Position numbers and translations under genes: made by a program. A model generated the notes under the pieces. It was given only the letters and a program-made list of their open reading frames with translations. It did no database searches and was not told the origin of the DNA. 16,747 nucleotides of DNA from a virus (Duplodnaviria; Heunggongvirae; Uroviricota; Caudoviricetes). Shown piece by piece: positions 1 to 8,911 of the stretch. The number at the start of each line of letters is the position of its first letter. Position 1 is the stretch's first letter. The DNA lies in IMG/VR virus record IMGVR_UViG_2703718841_000001; one strand, 5' to 3'.

Positions 1-19
1 CTATTTGATAAATATTAAA

Positions 20-1315
20 TTAATTTTTCATTGCTTCGTTATGGGGCATGGTTGGGGCAAACTCGCTTAACTGTGTATTTAACAAAGCTACCTGTGCATT
101 ATTGTTTTCAGACATCCATTTTCCGTATACCTGAAATACCATTTGCGCATCTGCATGGCCCATCTGGTTTGCTATAAATGCCGGGTTAGCACCAGCTGTC
201 AGCGACCAGCAGGCATAAGTATGTCTCGACTGATATGATTTTCGATGGCGGAGTCCGGCACGTTTTATCGCTGCGTCCCACATCTGCCTTATTGAGTCAA
301 CGGTAAAATGGTCACCATAATTTTTTACTCTCGCTGACACTTCAGGTTGAAAAACAAAGGTGCATTTTTGTTTTTCTGTTCTGCCATACTCTCTGAGGTG
401 AACATCAATGATATGCTCTTTGCTCAGTCTCGTTAATGTCATCTGACTCCGGAGAGCGTCGATTGCTGGCTTAATAAGATGAATGACCCGATTGGTTCCC
501 GCCTGTGTTTTTGGTACCGTGAAACGGTCTTTTGCTAAATTTCTCCTGATCATCATTGTTCCATTTTTCAGATCTATGTCCTCCCATCCAAGTGCACACA
601 GCTCACCAGGGCGAACTCCAGTATAAACAGAAACACACCATAAATTTTTTGCTTGCTGATTTCTGCACGCATCGATAAGACGGATAAATTCTTCCCGCGA
701 AAGAGGATCCGGAATGGTTCTTGATTCCTTTAATGGCGAGATCCCCTTAAACGGATTATCTGCCAGGTAACCGTTATCAACACCAAACTGGAACACGGCG
801 TTAAGATTTGTCATGTAATTATTTACAGTTACAGCCGATCTCCCTGGTTGTGTAACAATATAGTTACTTTTGGGGATCTGGTATCCAGTCAGTAACTCTT
901 TACGAACCTCCAGTAATTTTTCTTTATTAATCGATGAGGCAAGATTTTTTTCACCGATTATGCTCAGGATATTTTTGATGACGGCACGGTATGTGTTGAG
1001 TGATGTTTTGGCGACTTCAGTTTCTTTCAGTGCCAGAAATTTTTCAGCCAGTTCTTTTATGGTTAAATCTTGTCGGGCCTCACCAAATTTTTCCAGATTG
1101 CGTGAGGAGGGAAACTGTTTTGCATAGTCGAAAACACCAGTTTTTATTTCGTAACAAACAGAGGAGCGTAGTTCACCTGCAACGCGCCTGTTTTTTGCTG
1201 TGTCAGGAACCCCCAGATTTTCCCTGACTCTTACGTCTTTATAAACAAACCAGATACGTAATTTCCCTCCATGGTTTTCCACGCCTGTCGGATATTTCAT
1301 TTCAACTTCTCTCAT
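20..1315 (-). CDS. Phage-type tyrosine recombinase (integrase)
   Basis: 431-codon ORF. C-terminal region carries tyrosine-recombinase catalytic signature (…RHRKSYQSRHTYACWSL…GHADAQMVFQVYGKW). Sits beside an excisionase-like gene, as in prophage integration modules. Alternative start at 1300 (MKYPTG…). Confidence 0.88.
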   Translation of the reverse strand: MREVEMKYPTGVENHGGKLRIWFVYKDVRVRENLGVPDTAKNRRVAGELRSSVCYEIKTGVFDYAKQFPSSRNLEKFGEARQDLTIKELAEKFLALKETEVAKTSLNTYRAVIKNILSIIGEKNLASSINKEKLLEVRKELLTGYQIPKSNYIVTQPGRSAVTVNNYMTNLNAVFQFGVDNGYLADNPFKGISPLKESRTIPDPLSREEFIRLIDACRNQQAKNLWCVSVYTGVRPGELCALGWEDIDLKNGTMMIRRNLAKDRFTVPKTQAGTNRVIHLIKPAIDALRSQMTLTRLSKEHIIDVHLREYGRTEKQKCTFVFQPEVSARVKNYGDHFTVDSIRQMWDAAIKRAGLRHRKSYQSRHTYACWSLTAGANPAFIANQMGHADAQMVFQVYGKWMSENNNAQVALLNTQLSEFAPTMPHNEAMKN

Positions 1316-1334
1316 TAGTTAGTGTGGCTTTTAG

Positions 1335-1586
1335 TCAAGTAAGATGACGTCTTGGTCTCGCTGATGCCTGGCGCTCAATCCAGCGATCAATTTCTTCCAG
1401 GTTGTAAAAGCATGGACTGTTATCCCATGGCATACCGTCATGAGCGACATGCTTATATTCCCTTCCTTCCATAAACGATTTTTCCCGGGCCTTTTTTAAC
1501 GTACCTTTTTTTATTCCTTTCAGCGCAATTAACTGCTCTTCGGATACCCATTTGCCGGGAGAGACAATCATGATTACTTCGCTCAT
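1335..1586 (-). CDS. Excisionase-like small DNA-binding protein (Xis/AlpA-like)
   Basis: 83-codon ORF immediately upstream of the integrase on the same strand. Small basic protein with W…G.KK.TL.KAREK…EG.EY pattern typical of excisionase-like proteins. Family assigned from pattern and position only. Confidence 0.55.
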   Translation of the reverse strand: MSEVIMIVSPGKWVSEEQLIALKGIKKGTLKKAREKSFMEGREYKHVAHDGMPWDNSPCFYNLEEIDRWIERQASARPRRHLT

Positions 1587-1658
1587 CGATTTCTTTATCT
1601 CTTACATCAGACGAGCGCCGGTTGCAGAATACCAGTCACAACCGGCGACAGTTGAACA

Positions 1659-4130
1659 TTAAGAATCAGCCTGACTCGGGATCAGTTTTTGCCAGATAAC
1701 TGAAACGTATTTTGCCTGGTAACGGGCGTCATCAAGTGCATTATGGCGCTCACCTTCGAATGGAATAGCCGTTCTGGCATCGAAGTCTATGGCTTTCCCC
1801 AGCTCAACGATTGTGCGTACATCGCGATCGTTGTAGTAACGCCACGGGCAGGGGATCCCCTGCCGTTCGTATGAACGGCGCAAAATCGTGTTGTCGAAGT
1901 TGGCTCCATTTCCCCAAACCTGAACAAAAAATTCACCGGAGTTTTCGTCGATAAATTCTCGCAATTGTAACAGTGCATCATCTAACGGGATTTCATCGGT
2001 CATAATGGCAGATTGCGCTTCGCGTGATTGCTTAAGCCACCATTTAATGGTGTCCCGATCAATGACTCCGCCAGCAGTTTCCAGATCGATAGTCTTACTA
2101 AATTCCGGTCCCATATCTCCGGTTTGCGGATCGAAAAATATTGCACCTATTGAGATGATCGGGGCATCAGGATTTTTTCCCATGGTTTCAAGGTCGATCA
2201 TTAGATGGTCACACGTCCTGCTGGTGGATGTGATTTCGTGATGACCGTTCACCTTAATTGGGTGATCTGCCGTCTCGCCAGTTTCATTATCGCTATTGTG
2301 ATGCTGATTGCCGCCAGTGTTCTCCTTGTGTGGATGTTCAGCGCCTTCCATTTCCTCCGGATCATCTTCCTGAACTTCAACCTGATACTCTTCATCGAAT
2401 GTTTCTTGGTATGTTGCGTCGCCCATCACCGCGCCACAATCAGGGCAGTTGCCGCCGCCGGTCTGACCGCAGGCGGTGCAGACTTTTTCCACTTCCTGTT
2501 GCGCTACTGGTTCAGGCTGTTTCGTTTCTGGCTCGTTTTGTAACGCATTTGGACTGTTTTGTTCCGCTTTTTGGTAGTTCCGTTCCGATTCATGCTGGTT
2601 CTGGTTCACAGAATCGCGGGTCTGGAGCCCCTTAACCCATTTCGGATCATTCGGGTCACTAATCCCTTCAACAAATTCACCACGTGATGCAGCAAGCAAC
2701 TTATCGGCGTCAGGCTGGCTGATATTGGCTGCCTGCATAATTTTGTTTACTTCGTCAGCGGTAACTTTTATCGGCTCTGGTTGTTCTGAATCTTCAGCGG
2801 TATCTACATTTTGCGGTAAGCCCGTGTATGTGCCATTTTTTCGGGCAAAATATTCTTCTTTTGTGATTTCAGTGGCGCCAGCAGCCAGTGCCTTATCCAG
2901 ACCAGAGAGTTTGTTTGCGCGACCGTATTTTTCTCCGTCCTTATCTGCGAAGAGGAAATAGAACGGCCTCTCACGCTCTACAGATGGTTCAGCTTCCGGC
3001 GCGGTTTCATTTTTTGGGATATCAGATACCTCAGTTTCCACTGCATCAGTTTGTGTTTCTGATGACTGGAGAACATCAACAGTGCCCAGGTCTGTTTCTT
3101 CATTCTCAAACACGCCCTTTGTCGTCAGGTATTCGCAGATATATTTGTTCAGTGCTACGGGATCTTTGTGAATGTCGATCGGACGCTCACGGACAAGGCC
3201 AAAAATAGTTTGGCGGTCGTAGCGAAGGGCATCAGGCTGTTTGCGCATTGATGCCGAGATACGCTTCCAGTCTTCGCGGTCGTTGTCGATAACTTCTTTT
3301 TTTGCCCAGCGATGGATGCTGCCGTCAATGTTTCCGGCATCCACATCACTAGGCCAGAGAGCGTAGGCCAGTTCGTCATCCAGTGTTTTCCATGTCTGCT
3401 TGTATTCGCGATGAATGGCAGCAATGACCGGGCTGATTTTTCCTGTTGAATTTTCAGTGTACTGTTGATTGGCTCTGGCGCGGGCGAGATCAACAACAGA
3501 CGTGTATTTTCCGGTTTCCTTGCGTTCACCTTCGCGACGTTTTTTCCAGATGCGCATCTCTGCCTGAATTTCGGGCCATTTAGCACCAGGAATACATTTA
3601 TGCTTAACCCACCCAATGGCGTGCAACTTAAGCTCCGGATACATGGCGTTAACTTCTGGCATTTTCATCAACGCTTCAACGATATGTCCGTCGAATGTTG
3701 CCATGTCTTCCTGCAACAATTCCTGTGCGCTAATAACCATATCAACGGTGATGTTTTCACATGTGTCGAACTTAACCATGACAGCGTTCTGTACTTCAGG
3801 GGCCAGCTTGTCAAAAGTGACGTTCATCGGATCGGATTCAGTCTCAACCGGGACAAAAGAAGCAGACTCCTCATCCCAGCGGTTTTCCTGCATATATTCA
3901 GCATCCCATGAATCGAGGGCAGGGCGGGGTATGCCAGGTTTATCCTCGCAGACAATAAATTTATAAGCGCAGTCCTGAGCAGCCGGATAATGTTCCAGGA
4001 ATTGCCAGTGAAATTTTGCTCGAGCACGGCGTTCGTCGCCAGCTTCAATGGCTGTGGCTACAGCCACAGCGCCTTCTTCCCTTGTTGCCAGTTCGTCAGG
4101 AATAGCGGCGCAAATAAAGACTTTACTCAT
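1659..4130 (-). CDS. Large exonuclease-like protein with C-terminal DEDDh 3'-5' exonuclease domain
   Basis: Long ORF (track 1659..4166). Preferred start is ATG at 4130 (MSKVFICAA…) with GAGG about 10 nt upstream. C-terminal ~185 aa carries DEDDh motifs: [30 protein letters not shown]. Centre is acidic and low-complexity with a CxxC…CxxC zinc ribbon ([16 protein letters not shown]). Confidence 0.8.
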   Translation of the reverse strand: MSKVFICAAIPDELATREEGAVAVATAIEAGDERRARAKFHWQFLEHYPAAQDCAYKFIVCEDKPGIPRPALDSWDAEYMQENRWDEESASFVPVETESDPMNVTFDKLAPEVQNAVMVKFDTCENITVDMVISAQELLQEDMATFDGHIVEALMKMPEVNAMYPELKLHAIGWVKHKCIPGAKWPEIQAEMRIWKKRREGERKETGKYTSVVDLARARANQQYTENSTGKISPVIAAIHREYKQTWKTLDDELAYALWPSDVDAGNIDGSIHRWAKKEVIDNDREDWKRISASMRKQPDALRYDRQTIFGLVRERPIDIHKDPVALNKYICEYLTTKGVFENEETDLGTVDVLQSSETQTDAVETEVSDIPKNETAPEAEPSVERERPFYFLFADKDGEKYGRANKLSGLDKALAAGATEITKEEYFARKNGTYTGLPQNVDTAEDSEQPEPIKVTADEVNKIMQAANISQPDADKLLAASRGEFVEGISDPNDPKWVKGLQTRDSVNQNQHESERNYQKAEQNSPNALQNEPETKQPEPVAQQEVEKVCTACGQTGGGNCPDCGAVMGDATYQETFDEEYQVEVQEDDPEEMEGAEHPHKENTGGNQHHNSDNETGETADHPIKVNGHHEITSTSRTCDHLMIDLETMGKNPDAPIISIGAIFFDPQTGDMGPEFSKTIDLETAGGVIDRDTIKWWLKQSREAQSAIMTDEIPLDDALLQLREFIDENSGEFFVQVWGNGANFDNTILRRSYERQGIPCPWRYYNDRDVRTIVELGKAIDFDARTAIPFEGERHNALDDARYQAKYVSVIWQKLIPSQADS

Positions 4131-4222
4131 TTGTTTTAACCTCATGACAGATTTAAGGATGAACAAATCCCTGCCATTGCTGGCATATAAGAATGAAACC
4201 GGATATTTATTACGGAACTGTT

Positions 4223-4414
4223 TTAAAGACCTGCCGGGATTTCGATATTATCCTGGTGAATAACTTTATCGACCGGGTAACAGTTACCGGGAATTTTCTG
4301 TTCGGTTGCTGCAGTCATACACTCCTGCATTGTCCTGTGAACACTGACTGCAATATCAACTGGCTCTCCGGAAACAAGAAAAACTGTCAGAACAAGCACA
4401 AATGCTGAATTCAT
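4223..4414 (-). CDS. Small signal-peptide (exported) hypothetical protein
   Basis: Preferred start ATG at 4414 ([18 protein letters not shown]…) with AAGGA 9 nt upstream. N-terminal hydrophobic signal-like segment; two Cys in the mature part. 63 aa. Confidence 0.5.
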   Translation of the reverse strand: MNSAFVLVLTVFLVSGEPVDIAVSVHRTMQECMTAATEQKIPGNCYPVDKVIHQDNIEIPAGL

Positions 4415-4566
4415 TGTGCACATCCTTTTGGCATCAGACGTAAACGAGCCAGCATTGAAACAATGCATATTTTATTTAATAGCTCCCGTTCTTGTTTTCT
4501 CTTGTTAATGGCATCTTCAGTAAATACTGGGTTAACTGGACTGCCTGGGCCAATGACGTGCGCACA

Positions 4567-4782
4567 ATGCGGATGCTGGATGGCAGAAGCCACAGACAAA
4601 TTTGCGAAATGTTTGGTCGGGTTCAGCGAGATCCATTCTGGGTAAAAAACATCATGAGCCCGTCAAAGCTCCGCGAAAAATGGGACGAACTGGTCATCCG
4701 CCTGGGACGTTCACCTGTACAGCGTTGTGTTAATCATATTTCTGAACCGGATACAGAAATTCCGCCTGGTTTCAGAGGATAA
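4567..4782 (+). CDS. Hypothetical protein (start uncertain)
   Basis: Track ORF 4492..4782 starts at TTG; first in-frame ATG is 4567 (MRMLDGRSHRQICEMFG…). No convincing SD. Overlaps a second frame (4463..4645), so a frameshifted remnant is possible. Confidence 0.3.
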   Translation: MRMLDGRSHRQICEMFGRVQRDPFWVKNIMSPSKLREKWDELVIRLGRSPVQRCVNHISEPDTEIPPGFRG

Positions 4783-4822
4783 GTGTTGATTTCAGGTCAT
4801 GAGGTAATTTTAAGGGGGACTT

Positions 4823-5245
4823 GTGGCAAAAGTTTTTACACAAGAAGAGCGGGAAAAAATTAAATGGCAGGTGGTGGAACTCGTGCGCCAGAGCGGCCGT
4901 GAGACGTTACGGCAACTGGAAGCTAAAACAGGTGCGACTAGATATCTGATGAGCGTTCTTGCCAGAGAGCTGGTAGCCAGTGGCGATGTATACAACTCCG
5001 GCTACGGGTTATTCCCCTCTGAACAGGCGCGTAAGGACTGGCAAAACGCCCGCAAAAAACTCTCGAGGGCAAAGGTGAAGAAACCTGCTGTGGTTGATCC
5101 GGACCTTATCTGGTCATCACCTGACGGAGAAATACGTCGCTACGACAGTCGCCTAAACATAATCTGTCGCGAGTGCCGGAAGAGCGAAGTTATGCAGCGC
5201 ATACTGGCTTTCTATCAGGGTAATTTTCAGGACGTGGCGCAGTGA
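4823..5245 (+). CDS. Hypothetical protein, possible winged-helix DNA-binding protein
   Basis: 140-codon ORF with GTG start and GGGGG SD about 4 nt upstream. Its stop TGA (5243-5245) overlaps the GTG start (5242) of the methyltransferase frame, indicating translational coupling. HTH-like segment RETLRQLEAKTGATRYLMSVLARELV. Confidence 0.6.
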   Translation: MAKVFTQEEREKIKWQVVELVRQSGRETLRQLEAKTGATRYLMSVLARELVASGDVYNSGYGLFPSEQARKDWQNARKKLSRAKVKKPAVVDPDLIWSSPDGEIRRYDSRLNIICRECRKSEVMQRILAFYQGNFQDVAQ

Positions 5246-5688
5246 GTGCACCGGCAACCATTCTTGATATGTGCTGTGGCAGCCGCATGTTCTGGTTCGA
5301 TAAGTCTGACGAACGGGCGATATTCAGCGATATCAGAAAAGAAGGATACACATTACGCAATGGGAGACGCTTGATTATCAGCCCTGACATTATCGCAGAT
5401 TTTCGTGCATTATCATTTGCAGACGCATCTTTTTCGATGGTTGTATTAGACCCTCCGCATCTTGAGAGTGTTGGTGATAACGCCTGGATGGGAAAGAAAT
5501 ATGGACGGCTGAATAAAGATGCCTGGCGTGATGATTCGCGACAGAGATTTAAAGAAGCCTTTCGGGTGTTGAGGCCGCACGGCGTTCTGATTTTTTAATG
5601 GAATGAAACGCAAATACCGGTAAGCCAGATTCTGGCACTGACAGACAGAAAACCTGTTATCTGTCAACGAACAGGGAAAAAACGATAA
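5242..5688 (+). pseudogene. SAM-dependent DNA methyltransferase, apparently interrupted by an in-frame TAA
   Basis: N-terminal 118 codons (5242..5598) carry LDMCCGSRMFWFDK and VVLDPPHL (DPPY-like) motifs. Frame stops at TAA 5596-5598 after …RPHGVLIF, yet the same frame reads on coherently (WNETQIPVSQILALTDRKPVICQRTGKKR) to TAA at 5686-5688. Confidence 0.55.
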
Positions 5689-6750
5689 AACCCACTGGAT
5701 TATTTTTATGAAAGAGGCATCCAGTGAGTAGATTCGTAAGGCTACAGATACGTATATCTGAATAATTAAATTCAGTTCTGTAAATAAAATTTAATCCTTA
5801 ACCGGATGGATTTCTGCACCCTCAGAACATCAGGAGGCCGCCCGAAAGGGCGGTAGTGAAATGCGAAAGTTCAAAATTATTATTGAAACGGGAATAGCTG
5901 GTGGAGATTTTGAGGATGTATTCGAAGTGGACGATGACGCAACACCTGAGGAAATTCATGACGGAGCATAAGAAATTTTCTTTAACTACTGCAATTACTC
6001 ATACCACGAAATAAAAGACGATGAGGAAGAACAAAGTGGCTGATTTTTGTTCAGCTAAATATAACATCAGTTTTGAAGAGCGGGATGAACTATTAATGGA
6101 CTATGGTGAGTTACGCGGTGGAAGTGCTGCTGATGTCGAATCCTAGCGTGATGACTATGAAGCGGGAAAAACTCCGGTCGAAGCATATTGTGATGAGTGG
6201 GGCGATGAATGAGCGAGATTAATTATCAGGAAGGGCATGAAACGGCGGGGCAAGCAAAACCAGTGGCATGGCGATATCGCTACGTGAAAAAAGGCGTTAC
6301 GGACTTTCAGGGGAAGTAGTGGTCTGGTGACTGGAAATATGTACCGAAAAAAGAGGATTGTAACGACAGGCCGAACTATCAAATTCAGGCCTTATTCACT
6401 GCCTCACCAGTCCCAGTTACATCAGAAGAACTGGTTAAAGCTGTGCACTTTTATGAACAACTAAAACGCGAAAATCCACCAACATCCGGCAACTAGATTA
6501 ATGGATTAACTATGTCGGTTAAACGACCAGCCAACTGAAAAAGCGGAAACCTGATTACAGGTTGCCAGATAAGGCAATGAGCTACCTGGCGCGGAACGGA
6601 CTGATAAGTATGGGGAATGTTTTACGATGAACCTTTAGACTAAAGAGTTTGTAACGCTATGTAAGTGATTTTTTCTGGTTTAGATATTTATATGTCCGGC
6701 CAAATTGAGGTGTGTTTAAATGTAATTGCACATTGATTGTAGGAGGAATA

Positions 6751-6930
6751 ATGAAAAACGCATTGCAGTTTTTGTTTGTTGCGTTCTGGTTGTTCGCATC
6801 ATGTATGCCCATCATCTTCACAGCAAGGTATATGGAAAAAGTTGATGTTTTGATATTAATATTTGGATATATAAATGCCCTTTTTTTAGGGGTGTTCATG
6901 GCGGTCATGTGCATTGAATACTGGCGGTAA
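6751..6930 (+). CDS. Small hydrophobic membrane protein (59 aa, two predicted TM helices)
   Basis: ATG at 6751 preceded by consensus SD AGGAGG (6741-6746). Product MKNALQFLFVAFWLFASCMPIIF…VLILIFGYINALFLGVFMAVMCIEYWR. AT-rich with rare codons, suggesting foreign origin. Track ORF 6712..6930 uses an upstream alternative start. Confidence 0.5.
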   Translation: MKNALQFLFVAFWLFASCMPIIFTARYMEKVDVLILIFGYINALFLGVFMAVMCIEYWR

Positions 6931-7020
6931 ATACAGCGAACTCCATTGGTTTAGTTGGATATTTACTGTACTGGACAAAAACGGTTTGCGGGGAAATCTT
7001 AGTTAAGTAGAATGACTGCG

Positions 7021-7190
7021 GGTGCTTGAGGCTATCTGCCTCGGGCATGGACACCAACGGCAGATAGAGAAAAGCCCCAGTTAACATTACGCGTCCTGCA
7101 AGACGCTTAACATTAATCTGAGGCCAATTTCATGCTAGACACATGTAGGTTAGCCTCTTACGTGCCGAAAGGCACGGAGAAGCAGGCTAT
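7021..7190 (+). other. hok/sok-type (type I toxin-antitoxin) leader remnant lacking the hok ORF
   Basis: 15-mer GGAGAAGCAGGCTAT at 7176-7190 is identical to 10490-10504, the SD/start region of hokD in this window. Upstream has hok-leader-like hairpins (7032-7040 with 7059-7067; GAAA-loop hairpin 7161-7176) and a mok-like frame from ATG 7132 to TAA 7207-7209. No Hok-like ORF follows. Confidence 0.5.
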
Positions 7191-8700
7191 TGTTAACACC
7201 AAGCTGTAATGTCCCCTTTGAACCATTCTAAAATGTCCCCAGACAATTCTCTGGGGGATTTTTCATGATCAAAGAGACTGTTACGATGAGTCATAAGGAA
7301 CTCCACCGACTTCAGATTATTCAGGAACAAGCTGCGGCACGCATTGGCATTTCTATTCGGCAGGTTAAACGTCTGGTGCAACGGTATAGAAATGAAGGGC
7401 CTTCTGGTCTGGTTTCCCACCGACGTGGAAAGCGTCCTAATAATTCCTTTTCTACTGAATTCAGAGCAACAGTAATTTCACTCCTCAAAGGCCGTTACGC
7501 TGATTTTGGACCTACGTTTGCGTGCGAAAAATTGCGCGAGATACACGGTTTATCTTTATCCGTTGAAACTCTCAGAAAGTGGATGATAGAAGAGGGGTTA
7601 TGGCGTGAACGCCGTCGTAAAATTGCCCGTATATATCAACGCCGCATGCGACGACCATCTTACGGTGAACTGATCCAGATTGATGGCTCACCTCATGACT
7701 GGTTTGAAAATCGAGGCCCCAGATGTACACTGATCGTTTTCATTGATGATGCCACCAGTGCGTTGATGGCGTTGCGTTTTGTGCCTGCTGAAACAACCCG
7801 GGCTTACATGGAAACCCTCCGGGGTTACCTTAATGATCATGGCGTACCGCTCGCTCTCTACTCTGATAGACACAGTATATTCAGGGTAAATAACCCAGAG
7901 CGGGAAGGTGAGCTGACCCAGTTCACTCGTGCGATAAAGACACTGGGCATCGAGCCAATCCATGCCAACAGCCCGCAGGCAAAAGGGCGGGTAGAGCGCG
8001 CCAATCAGACACTACAGGACAGGCTGGTCAAAGAAATGCGGCTTCAGAATATCAGTGATATTGAAACAGCAAATGCATGGTTGCCGACCTTTATTGAAGC
8101 CTATAACAACCGGTTCGCTACGTCGCCTCGTACTACTGATAATGCTCATCTTGATGTGCACCATTCTGAAGAGGAACTGGGTTATATCTTCAGCCTACAG
8201 GCGAAGCGCGTTCTGTCTAAAAATCTCACTTTCCAGTACAAAAGCAGTGCGTTTCAGGTACGCAGTGAGGGCCGGGGATATCGACTTAGGCATTCGGTTG
8301 TTACTGTATGCGAGAACTTTGACGGTGAAATTAACGTTCTGTATGACGGGAAAGCGCTGGGCTGGGAAAAGTATGTTGATGGCCCGGAGCCTATACCACT
8401 GGATGATGAAAAGAGTGTCCATGAACGAGTGGATAATGCCCGTATTGATTTACGCTCAAAATACTATGTTAAACCTAAAGCTGACCATCCCTGGCTTACG
8501 CGCCGAACGCAAAGTCATCAGCAAGTTAAGCCCCCGAAGTTACCTAAAAAGAAGCCTGATCCCGATAAAAAAGATTGAAACCAAGATCGATTCGGTTGAG
8601 TGCATATCCATTCATAGGGTAGATTCTTAAGTCGCGTTTCTGGTGTTCATTTTCGGGTGGTTTGTTACTTGTTTTACCGGGGATATGCCAGAAACGCGCT
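7191..8700 (+). mobile_element. Insertion sequence carrying the transposase (ends not resolved; coordinates approximate)
   Basis: Left boundary placed at the point where the hok leader homology breaks (7190/7191). Right boundary is a guess; no clean terminal inverted repeats or target-site duplication could be found by eye. Confidence 0.3.
7265..8578 (+). CDS. DDE transposase with N-terminal HTH and integrase-core (rve) domain
   Basis: 437-codon ORF. N-terminal HTH (ARIGISIRQVKRLVQRY), rve-like core (IQIDGSPHDWFE…LYSDRHSIF…QAKGRVERANQTLQ), basic C-terminal tail. Family not resolved (IS481-like or ISNCY/IS1202-like). GGGGGA SD lies in a hairpin just upstream. Confidence 0.85.
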   Translation: MIKETVTMSHKELHRLQIIQEQAAARIGISIRQVKRLVQRYRNEGPSGLVSHRRGKRPNNSFSTEFRATVISLLKGRYADFGPTFACEKLREIHGLSLSVETLRKWMIEEGLWRERRRKIARIYQRRMRRPSYGELIQIDGSPHDWFENRGPRCTLIVFIDDATSALMALRFVPAETTRAYMETLRGYLNDHGVPLALYSDRHSIFRVNNPEREGELTQFTRAIKTLGIEPIHANSPQAKGRVERANQTLQDRLVKEMRLQNISDIETANAWLPTFIEAYNNRFATSPRTTDNAHLDVHHSEEELGYIFSLQAKRVLSKNLTFQYKSSAFQVRSEGRGYRLRHSVVTVCENFDGEINVLYDGKALGWEKYVDGPEPIPLDDEKSVHERVDNARIDLRSKYYVKPKADHPWLTRRTQSHQQVKPPKLPKKKPDPDKKD

Positions 8701-8911
8701 GAGTCAGTCTGGGCGGTGCGCGTAATGAGGCGTTATGGTAAATAGCCTATGCTAATGTCCGCTAAGAGCAAGAAGCGGAAGTTGGCAGTTTTGTGGACTG
8801 TCCCCACAAAAGTGACTACAGAAATAGTTGCAATTCATAATTGATCATGGGTTGTCAGTTAAACTCGTGGCGATTTAAATAGACTAATTGGGAGTGCGTC
8901 CATTACTTATA

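Noticed and set aside
870-1227. Plus-strand ORFs 870..1127 and 1000..1227
   Set aside because: Antisense to the integrase gene; no SD; products look like random sequence.
1787-3966. Multiple 60-150 codon ORFs on both strands inside the exonuclease gene (for example 1787..1981, 2205..2543, 2888..3208, 3155..3616, 3465..3911)
   Set aside because: All lie within or antisense to the long, motif-supported exonuclease frame. No SD, low-complexity products. Shadow ORFs.
1659-4130. Naming the large exonuclease recE (exonuclease VIII)
   Set aside because: Position fits recE, but the C-terminal domain reads as DEDDh, not the nuclease fold I associate with RecE. No recT-like partner is adjacent. Left the symbol empty.
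4411-4645. ORFs 4411..4599 (minus) and 4463..4645 (plus) in the spacer between the leftward and rightward genes
   Set aside because: Mutually overlapping, no SD, no recognisable motif. More likely a promoter-bearing intergenic region or a frameshifted remnant.
7688-8630. ORFs 7688..7963 (minus), 8055..8630 (plus) and 8195..8422 (minus)
   Set aside because: Embedded in or antisense to the transposase coding frame, which has clear HTH and rve motifs.
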